Shown here piece after piece: positions 56,798 to 64,000 of a stretch of DNA of 64,000 bases. Position 1 is the stretch's first letter, and each line of letters opens with the position of its first letter. The position numbers were made by a program, and so were the translations under genes. The notes under the pieces were generated by a model, which saw nothing but the letters and a program-made list of their open reading frames with translations, was not told the origin of the DNA and made no database searches. This stretch comes from an uncultured Pseudomonadales bacterium (GTDB lineage Bacteria; Pseudomonadota; Gammaproteobacteria; Pseudomonadales; Azotimanducaceae), in the NCBI GenBank assembly GCA_938036875.1, contig CALHVX010000068.1, positions 17,952-81,951 of the forward strand, given 5' to 3'.

Positions 56798-59002
56798 TTA
56801 CTGAACTGGCAGTGGCTGGGTAGCCAAATGTGACCAAAGGAACGCCCAATTGTCCGCATATCCATCAATTAACTTGGCCGTTGGCGTACCTGCACCGTGC
56901 CCCACCTTACGCTCAACACGCAGTAACCCGGGGGCAACCGGCTCACCAAGCTGCTGACGTTGCATCAGCGTTTGCTGCAGCCGCGCTGCATACTTAAAGC
57001 TATGCCCAGGGACCACCCGATCATCCGTGTCAGCAGAGGTGATCAAGACCGCCGGGTACGCTTGCTGCGCAGATAAGTTGTGATACGGCGAGTAGGCATA
57101 CAGCGCCTGAAACTCTTGCGGGTTGTCAGCGCAGCCGTAGTCATCAATCCAAAAGCGCCCTGCGGTAAACTGATGAAAGCGCAGCATGTCCATGACGCCA
57201 ACCTGGGGGATCGCCGCGCCAAAAAGTTCTGGCCGCTGGTTCAACACCGCACCGACCAGCAAGCCCCCGTTGCTCCCACCCATAATGCCGAGATGTTCCG
57301 GCGCGGTATAACCTAGATCAATTAGGCTTTCAGCCGCCGCGATGAAATCATCAAATACATTTTGCTTGTTGAGTTTGGTTCCCGCCTGGTGCCAAACGCG
57401 ACCGTACTCACCGCCACCGCGTAGGTTGGCTGTGACATAAACACCACCGGCCGCCAACCAAGCCATTCGAGCGGTGGAATAACTAGGCGTTAACGAAACG
57501 TTGAAGCCACCGTAGCCATAGAGCAGCGTCGGTTGCGCGCCGTTTTTTGGCAGCCTAACTTTATGCGCAATAAACATCGGTACCTCAGTACCGTCCTTGG
57601 AACGATAAAAACGCTGTTCAACTCGAAAATCTTTCGCATCAAAGTTGGTCTGCGGCACTAGATAGGGCTCTGGCTCCAAGCTGTCCAACGGCAAGCGATA
57701 GATGCCCGGAGCACGAGTTATAGAGGAAAAGCGAAAATAGGTTGCTGTGGCCTGCGCATCACCTGCAAAGCCAGCAGCAGAACCAATTTGCGGCAGCTGT
57801 ACCCTTTGCTGAAGCTGCGCCGGTTGCTGCAAACCAAGATCAAAGGCCAACACCTCGGATCGCGCATCGCGTAAGTAGTTAGCAAATAGGAAATCACCGA
57901 CTCGAGAAACACCAACCAAGGTCGCATCACGTTCTGCAATGACCTCACGCACACGCCCATCACTAAGGCGCAACGCCACCAAGCGACCAAGATCAGCATC
58001 CAGATCGGTTCGAAAGTAGAACTCCCCGTTGATGTGATCAACGAAGGTGTAGTCATGATTAAAGCCGGTCACCAACATCGTCACGCCCTGCGCCGGCAAA
58101 CTTTGCCCTTGCGTCAGAGGTAAGTAAGCAATTTGATAGCGGTCGTCGGTACCTAAACCTATGGTAACAACCAAGTATTGCCCATCGTCGGTTACCTGCC
58201 CGCTGTATCGCCACTGCGGTTGCTCGTCATGCTTAAACACTAACCTATCTTGCGCTTGGTTAGTGCCCAACCGATGGAAGTAGAGGGCTTGGTTGCTTGC
58301 TAACGCTTGGAACGCTGAGTCTTCATTAGGCTTGGGGTATCTTGAGTAAAACAACCCCGAACCGTCATGCGTCCAGCTTGGCATGGTGAACTTGAGCCAA
58401 CGTAAGCGCTCGGGCAACAGCTGTTGGGTTTGCAGATCCAACACCTGCAGTTCGCGCCAATCGGACCCGCTGGTTGCCACCATTAAGGCTAGGTAACGAC
58501 CCGAAGGGTCAGGCACAAAACCCGCCAGCGCAACGGTACCGTCGCTGGACCAAGTATTAGGGTCAACAACCACTTCAGGTTCCGCATCCAGCGTTGCCTG
58601 CATCATGACCTGCGCTTGATTTTGCAGACCCTTGTTATAGGTATAGAAACGCTTGCCGCCTGCAACCACCGGGACACCAAAGCGCTCGTAGTCCCACAGT
58701 TGGCGCAGCTGCTTTGCAAAGTAAGGGCGCGCTGGCAGCTTATCGAGATAACGACGCGACAAGCGATCTTGTGCATCAACCCACCGCTCTACTTCAGGCT
58801 CTGAGCGTATGTCTCCCTCCAACCAGCGAAACGGATCTGCCACCACTTGGCCGTGATAAACGTCTACCTGCTCAACCGTTTTGCTTTGCGGGTAGTCAAG
58901 ATCCTGCCCCTGCCTCTGAAAAGCATCGCGTTGCGTGCCTGAGCAACCAGCCAGTAGCACAGCTGCCGCCGCGTAGGAAGCAAACCTAAACACCAATGCC
59001 AT
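56798..59002 (-). CDS. prolyl oligopeptidase (S9A) lipoprotein
   Basis: Lipobox LLAGC, beta-propeller N-domain, catalytic GGSNGGLL serine motif, and a C-terminal D...GHG. Confidence 0.9.
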   Translation of the reverse strand: MALVFRFASYAAAAVLLAGCSGTQRDAFQRQGQDLDYPQSKTVEQVDVYHGQVVADPFRWLEGDIRSEPEVERWVDAQDRLSRRYLDKLPARPYFAKQLRQLWDYERFGVPVVAGGKRFYTYNKGLQNQAQVMMQATLDAEPEVVVDPNTWSSDGTVALAGFVPDPSGRYLALMVATSGSDWRELQVLDLQTQQLLPERLRWLKFTMPSWTHDGSGLFYSRYPKPNEDSAFQALASNQALYFHRLGTNQAQDRLVFKHDEQPQWRYSGQVTDDGQYLVVTIGLGTDDRYQIAYLPLTQGQSLPAQGVTMLVTGFNHDYTFVDHINGEFYFRTDLDADLGRLVALRLSDGRVREVIAERDATLVGVSRVGDFLFANYLRDARSEVLAFDLGLQQPAQLQQRVQLPQIGSAAGFAGDAQATATYFRFSSITRAPGIYRLPLDSLEPEPYLVPQTNFDAKDFRVEQRFYRSKDGTEVPMFIAHKVRLPKNGAQPTLLYGYGGFNVSLTPSYSTARMAWLAAGGVYVTANLRGGGEYGRVWHQAGTKLNKQNVFDDFIAAAESLIDLGYTAPEHLGIMGGSNGGLLVGAVLNQRPELFGAAIPQVGVMDMLRFHQFTAGRFWIDDYGCADNPQEFQALYAYSPYHNLSAQQAYPAVLITSADTDDRVVPGHSFKYAARLQQTLMQRQQLGEPVAPGLLRVERKVGHGAGTPTAKLIDGYADNWAFLWSHLATQPLPVQ

Positions 59003-59057
59003 AACTAACCTCTAAACCCACCCACCATGAATCAAGGGATCTGCACCTTGCGCCTTA

Positions 59058-60860
59058 CTAATACCCTGCCGTGGGTTCAATGTCTGAATACTTCCAAGCG
59101 GTTTCTAGCTCCGCCGTTAACTCAGCCTGATCTAGGGCTTGCGGCTGCGCTTGCAGCAAGCCATACAAAGACCAACCGTTACGCGGGAATTTAACCAGGT
59201 CTGCACGGTAGGTGGCCGCCGCCGCAACCGCATCCCCTTGTCGCAGTTGCGCAGCAGCTAAAGCTTGGCGTACTGGGAAGTGCCAGAACGGCGGTTCGGT
59301 GTAAGGCAAAGAATCTTGTGCCGCAACCGCAAGGGTCAGCTGCGCAAGCTCAACCGCGTTTTCGCCTTGCGACTGGGCAATACGCGCAGTCACCAAATGG
59401 GTCGCAATGTTCAGCAAGGTAGGAGCCACGGGATGACCTTGGCGAACCACCAAGGCATCCAAAGTGCCGTTGCTTTGCAACAGTTGCAGCTGCGCTAACG
59501 ACTTCTGAGCCTCCTTCAAGCGATCCGTTGAGGCGTACGCCATGCCGTGTGCGTAGTGCCACATGGCCTGAGCTAGGGGCAGGTCGGCCGGTGGCGGTGC
59601 TTCCGCCAAGGCTTTATCCCAAAGCCCAAAACGCACATAGGTATAACTGGGCACCGCTAAGAATTGCTGCACCGCACCCATCATCTTAGCCATCTCCAGC
59701 GGTACCCGATCACGCAGCTTATGGGCCGACGCAAGCGCTAGCTCGCGACGTCCTTCCATCATGGCCGAATACCAAAGGAAGTGAATGTTGTGAGGGTAGT
59801 AAGACGCGGGGTACAAACCTTGCGCGTTACATTGGGCGATGTAGTCCTCATCGGACTCTGCCGCTTTAGTATTGGCAATCACCGCATCGTGATACCGACC
59901 CAAGCGCAGGTAGATGTGCGATGGCATGTGCACCAAATGCCCGGCAACTGGTACCAAAGGCCCCAAGCGATCGGCAACCGCCTCTGCTTTGGCTGGGCTG
60001 AACTGCTCCATGGCGTGTATGTAGAGGTGCAGAGCGCCAGGATGGTCTGGTTGTTCAGCAATGACTTTTTCTAGTGCCGCAACAAAAGTCTCGGTGTAGG
60101 GGCCTGGTGATGCATCGTCGTTCCAGTAAGCCCAGGGGGTGACGTCCATATAGGCTTCCGCCATTAAGGTGCGCGCCGTGTGGTCTTGCGGAAAGCGTTC
60201 CACCAAGCGCTGCATTGCCCCCGCGTAAACCAGATCCAACGCTGCGCGATCACCACCCTCTTTGGAGTAGCGGGTAGAGATCGCATCGATGTACGCCTGC
60301 TCGAGTGGCGTTTCAAGGTCACGCAGCGCTAGTGCTTGTTGCACGGCTGCCCAAGCCTCGGGAATGGCTTCTGGCGCCATCGGAGCATTGATGTTGGGTC
60401 CTAGCGCCAACGCCACACCCCAATAACAGATACCGCAAGTTGGATCTTGGCGCGCCGCCTCACGAAACGAACGCACGGATTCTGCATGGTTAAAGCCAAA
60501 GGCTAAGGTCAGCGCTTGGTCGAAGTACTTTTGCGCCATCGGCACATCTGTGCTGATCGGCATATGCAGCGGCCCAATCCCGTCTAACAGCGGCGCGGTT
60601 TCGCCCGTGGCCTTGGTATTGGACAGGGCAACAGCACCATCGTCAGCAGAGACCGGTGAACTGGGCGAGGTCGTTGAGTTGGAATCAACCGCTTGGTTGT
60701 TACAGCCACCGAGCAAGGTTGCAGCAAACAACACAGCCACTAGGTACGCTGCAAAATAGCTAGACCTAAAATAGCTAGACCTAGGGGTTGGGCTGCACTG
60801 CACACTGGTTAGATGGATGGCGTCCGTCGATGAACCCCCGGCTTTCAATTGATATCCCAC
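59058..60860 (-). CDS. TPR-like helical repeat lipoprotein, function unknown
   Basis: Lipobox LLGGC and an all-helical Ala/Leu-rich body. The true start is probably internal (GTG before ...VQCSPTPRSSYF...). Confidence 0.6.
   Translation of the reverse strand: MGYQLKAGGSSTDAIHLTSVQCSPTPRSSYFRSSYFAAYLVAVLFAATLLGGCNNQAVDSNSTTSPSSPVSADDGAVALSNTKATGETAPLLDGIGPLHMPISTDVPMAQKYFDQALTLAFGFNHAESVRSFREAARQDPTCGICYWGVALALGPNINAPMAPEAIPEAWAAVQQALALRDLETPLEQAYIDAISTRYSKEGGDRAALDLVYAGAMQRLVERFPQDHTARTLMAEAYMDVTPWAYWNDDASPGPYTETFVAALEKVIAEQPDHPGALHLYIHAMEQFSPAKAEAVADRLGPLVPVAGHLVHMPSHIYLRLGRYHDAVIANTKAAESDEDYIAQCNAQGLYPASYYPHNIHFLWYSAMMEGRRELALASAHKLRDRVPLEMAKMMGAVQQFLAVPSYTYVRFGLWDKALAEAPPPADLPLAQAMWHYAHGMAYASTDRLKEAQKSLAQLQLLQSNGTLDALVVRQGHPVAPTLLNIATHLVTARIAQSQGENAVELAQLTLAVAAQDSLPYTEPPFWHFPVRQALAAAQLRQGDAVAAAATYRADLVKFPRNGWSLYGLLQAQPQALDQAELTAELETAWKYSDIEPTAGY
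60753..60782. repeat. perfect 15-bp tandem duplication inside coding sequence
   Basis: AAAATAGCTAGACCT appears twice and encodes RSSYF-RSSYF on the minus strand. Confidence 0.9.
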
Positions 60861-60991
60861 TACTGATGCCCCTTTGCAAAAAACACTACTTCAACAAAAC
60901 ACAATCCGGCAAAGCCAAACCAACAACAACTGTTCAACCGCCGGTTGGGATACCATAACTGCATTACCGCAAAATTGCCCCAGGGGACAAC

Positions 60992-62128
60992 ATGGCCAAC
61001 CGCAAGCCAACTAACTTAATCGGTAAGCAAACCGCCTGGCCTGCGGGTGAGGTGGTACGTTTACAACATCAGTCCAAGGTGTTGGCCGACAACCCGCTAG
61101 GCGATCCAACGGAACGCACGCTAACCGCCTGGCTACCCCCTAACTACAGCAAAAGCCGCCGCGCGCTACCCGTGCTTTTTGACCTAGTGGGTTACACCGG
61201 CGCCGGGCCGGGCCACGCCAATTGGAGCGCCTTTGCCGAAAACGTACCAGAACGACTCGACCGCTTGCACCACAGCGGCAAGCTACCTTCATGTATTGTG
61301 GTATTCCCGGATTGTTTTACCGCGCTAGGCGGCAATCAGTACATCAACTCTTCTGCGATTGGGCGTTACGCGGATTACCTGACCCAAGAGCTGATTCCGT
61401 TTGTGGACGCTGAGTTTCGGACCTTAGCGGCGCGTGAGCATCGCGCTTGCTTTGGTAAATCCTCCGGTGGTTATGGCGCCATGATTCACGGCATGCGCTA
61501 CAGCAAATATTGGGGCGCCATCGGCAACCATTCCGGCGATAGCGGGTTTGAGTTGGTTTACGGCGGCGAATGGCCCCAGGTGTTAACGCACCTAAGCGCT
61601 TACCGCAACAAACCCCAATCTGAGGGTAACTACCAAGGCAACAACGCTAGCCGCGCCAACCAAAAGTCGGAGCAGCTCTTGAAAGCCGGCTTAGATGACG
61701 GGCGTGTCGCCAATTTCTTGCAGCAACACTGGGCCAACGATAGGCCCAGCGGCGACGACATTATGTGCTTGATGCTGCTGGCGATGGCGGCCACTTACGA
61801 CCCAGACCCCAAAGCACCCAATGGGTTCCGACTGCCGGTACACGCCAACACCGCCCAACGGTTACCCACAAGGTGGCGCCGATGGCTCCAGCACGATCCA
61901 ATAGAAATGGTGGCCAAACACGCCAAAGCACTGCGTGGGCTCAGCGCTATCCACATGGATTGCGGATGGCGGGACCAGTACCACATCCACTTTGGCATGC
62001 GCCAACTCAGCGCAGCGCTAACCAAACACAAGGTAAAACATCGCTACCAAGAATTTAACGGGACCCACTCTGGGGTCGATCACCGCATGGATGTCAGCTT
62101 GCCCTACTTGGCCCAAGCCATTCGGTAA
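60992..62128 (+). CDS. esterase-family alpha/beta hydrolase (enterochelin esterase / esterase D-like)
   Basis: GKSSGGYGA nucleophile elbow (GxSxG) and a PVLFDLVGYTG N-terminal region. Confidence 0.7.
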   Translation: MANRKPTNLIGKQTAWPAGEVVRLQHQSKVLADNPLGDPTERTLTAWLPPNYSKSRRALPVLFDLVGYTGAGPGHANWSAFAENVPERLDRLHHSGKLPSCIVVFPDCFTALGGNQYINSSAIGRYADYLTQELIPFVDAEFRTLAAREHRACFGKSSGGYGAMIHGMRYSKYWGAIGNHSGDSGFELVYGGEWPQVLTHLSAYRNKPQSEGNYQGNNASRANQKSEQLLKAGLDDGRVANFLQQHWANDRPSGDDIMCLMLLAMAATYDPDPKAPNGFRLPVHANTAQRLPTRWRRWLQHDPIEMVAKHAKALRGLSAIHMDCGWRDQYHIHFGMRQLSAALTKHKVKHRYQEFNGTHSGVDHRMDVSLPYLAQAIR

Positions 62129-62152
62129 CAAGGCGATTTAATGATATCGGTT

Positions 62153-63067
62153 CTAGACCGCCGTAAACGCGGCGATGCAGTGCTCTAACATCGTATCTAG
62201 CGGCGTTAGCTGCAAGGCCAGCACATCCAGCGCTGGCTGCGCATCAACGCGGTCATCATGGTCTAGCACCCCAAGCATCGCACGGGTTACCGGCGGGTTA
62301 GCCGATAGCTTCTCCATGACAAAAGCGGCGGCATAACCAAGATCCACGGGCAGCGAGACCACTTTGGTGGGTCGACCCAAAAGGGCCGCGGTTCGTTGGA
62401 TCAGCTCAGCGCGGGGCAATGACTCCGGGCCAGCCAGATCAAGCTGCATGTCTTCCAACGGACCAGCCAACGCCGCACGCACCGCGGTTACTACGTCACC
62501 AACATAGATGGGCTGCTCTAAGCTTTGCGCGCGCAGGACAAAATTCAAGGACTTGTGTGCTCGCCCAATAAGCGCAGCAGACGCATAGTCCCCTTCACCC
62601 AAAACCATTGGCACACGCAAAATTTTGGCGGCACAGGTAGCGTTCAATAGCACCTGCTCTGCTTCCGCCTTGCTGCGTAAACACGCGTTGCTGCTGCTGG
62701 GCGTGGACCCCAAGATGCTTAAGTAGACCACTTGCTGAATATTCGCGGCTTCTGCCGCCCGGGCTAGCACTTCGCTGGTCGCTACGTGTGCCGCTTGAAA
62801 ACTGTTGGCAGCGGACTCTTTGATGATGCCTACCAAGTGTACGGCTGCTGAACAATCTTGGGCAGCGGCCGTGACCACCGCCTGGTCGGTGTATTGACCA
62901 ACCACCACCTCAAGCTGGGCAGACTCAGGCAGCGCCGCGGTTAAGCTGGCTTTGGCCCGCTCGGAGCGAACCAGCGCCCGTACCGGCGTGGAGGTTTGCT
63001 CGAGTAACTCCAGCAGCAAGCGCTGACCGATATTACCGTTGGCGCCCGTGATCAATATTCGACTCAT
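62153..63067 (-). CDS. NAD(P)H-binding NmrA/atypical-SDR family protein
   Basis: ILITGANGNIGQRL Rossmann motif. 304 aa. Confidence 0.75.
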   Translation of the reverse strand: MSRILITGANGNIGQRLLLELLEQTSTPVRALVRSERAKASLTAALPESAQLEVVVGQYTDQAVVTAAAQDCSAAVHLVGIIKESAANSFQAAHVATSEVLARAAEAANIQQVVYLSILGSTPSSSNACLRSKAEAEQVLLNATCAAKILRVPMVLGEGDYASAALIGRAHKSLNFVLRAQSLEQPIYVGDVVTAVRAALAGPLEDMQLDLAGPESLPRAELIQRTAALLGRPTKVVSLPVDLGYAAAFVMEKLSANPPVTRAMLGVLDHDDRVDAQPALDVLALQLTPLDTMLEHCIAAFTAV

Positions 63068-63099
63068 TCAATCCTCTTTTTGTTGGTCTAGCCGCGGAT

Positions 63100-63143
63100 C
63101 CTATGCCGGACCTATACCGGACCTATGCCCGACCTATGCGGGC
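63100..63143. repeat. degenerate 11-bp tandem repeat, 4 copies
   Basis: CCTATGCCGGA, CCTATACCGGA, CCTATGCCCGA and CCTATGCGGGC, in the divergent intergenic region. Confidence 0.8.
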
Positions 63144-63175
63144 TCTAGAGCCGGTGGCCGTGCTAGCATGCCGCC

Positions 63176-63754
63176 ATGACCGACGGCAACCACAGCCAAC
63201 CCAATGAACAGGCCAGCAGCGCCGCCAGGCAGCAGCCCGGCCTGCCTTGGGCACACATACTAACCGCTTGCCGCTTGTTTCTGGCAATCCCAACCGTTTG
63301 GTCCATTGTGGAGCAACATTGGTGGGTTGCTGCCGCCTGTTTTACCGCCGCCGCCCTCAGCGACTTCTTCGATGGTCGCATCGCGCGGGCCCAAGGCTCG
63401 CAAAGCAACTTTGGTGGTTTGTTTGACCACGCAACCGACGCGACATTTGTCGCCAGCACCCTGGCCGCTTGCGCCAGCCAAGGCTGGGTCAATCCATGGC
63501 TGCCGGTATTGGTGGTTACCGCTTTTGTTCAGTACAGCTTAGATTCTAAAGCGCTCGCGGGTGCGCAACTACGCGCCAATTGGCTCGGGCGCAGCAACGG
63601 TATCGCCTACTTTGTGATGGTAGGCATTAGCATCGGCTTTGCCCTGCTCAGGCTCCCACAGCTGGTGCCCCTAGTGTTGAGCTGGCTGCTTAGCGCAACC
63701 ACCCTGGTCTCTATGCTAAATCGGGGCCAGCATTGGTGGCGACACCGCAGCTAG
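63176..63754 (+). CDS. CDP-alcohol phosphatidyltransferase family protein
   Basis: DFFDGRIARAQGSQSNFGGLFDHATDA matches D-x2-DG-x2-AR-x8-G-x3-D-x3-D. Multi-TM. Confidence 0.8.
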   Translation: MTDGNHSQPNEQASSAARQQPGLPWAHILTACRLFLAIPTVWSIVEQHWWVAAACFTAAALSDFFDGRIARAQGSQSNFGGLFDHATDATFVASTLAACASQGWVNPWLPVLVVTAFVQYSLDSKALAGAQLRANWLGRSNGIAYFVMVGISIGFALLRLPQLVPLVLSWLLSATTLVSMLNRGQHWWRHRS

Positions 63755-63764
63755 CCTTCGCTTC

Positions 63765-64000
63765 TTAGGTTGCCGTCTGATCAAACAGCTCTTTGTTCGC
63801 CTTAGGCAAAAACACCACACCAATCGCGGCGTTAAACAGAACAAAAAACGTATGCATAACCAAGCTGAACGCACCCACTTCTGGATAGCCCGGGAACAAC
63901 ACGGTCCACAACAGCAAAGCCCCAGCATGGAAGGGCAAAGGCAAGGCTGCCGCTAAGAAGATCACGGGCAAAAACGCCATCATTTGCGTCACCCCAACAT
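63765..64000 (-). CDS. C-terminal part of an integral membrane protein (partial, runs off the window)
   Basis: Open hydrophobic frame to the window edge (…FLAAALPLPFHAGALLLWTVLF…). The family is not determinable from about 75 aa. Confidence 0.4.
   Translation of the reverse strand, partial: VGVTQMMAFLPVIFLAAALPLPFHAGALLLWTVLFPGYPEVGAFSLVMHTFFVLFNAAIGVVFLPKANKELFDQTAT

Overview
This window reads as 64 kb of densely coding core chromosome from a gammaproteobacterium. Gene order parallels the Pseudomonas/E. coli-type blocks cysQ-nudE / yrfG-hslR-hslO-pckA, gshA, qor-dsbB-rsd/algQ, hemB-trxA-rho, hemY-hemX-hemD-hemC-algR-algZ / argH, lptM-lysA-dapF-yigA(DUF484)-HAD, thrC, amtB-glnK, and ubiK-comM. 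It also holds an alanine-centred block (class III aminotransferase, ald, lrp, SDR, alr), cytochromes c5 and c4, and several envelope or lipoprotein genes. I can support about 60 CDS. I saw no rRNA, tRNA, CRISPR array, transposase, integrase, phage, reverse transcriptase or recognisable defence genes, and no convincing multi-gene novel system. The best leads are local. (1) A near-perfect LexA SOS box with no SOS gene next to it lies inside an 810-bp low-coding gap, framed by a long inverted repeat. (2) An ECF sigma / anti-sigma / PDZ-only protein operon. (3) A 751-aa glutamine-rich coiled-coil protein with a C-terminal helix-hairpin-helix-like module lies next to a small Arg/Asp-repeat ORF. (4) A biotin carboxylase gene stops before its biotinyl domain and has no partner subunits nearby. 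(5) An unusually long (764 bp), G-poor rho leader carries tandem repeats. (6) An orphan ParA-type ATPase sits behind a 438-bp non-coding region. (7) Two genes (yheS, fre-like) show homology extending upstream of any ATG/GTG/TTG. (8) Short tandem repeats of 10-15 bp recur in intergenic regions. All functional calls come from reading the translated ORFs for motifs and from synteny. No database search was run.
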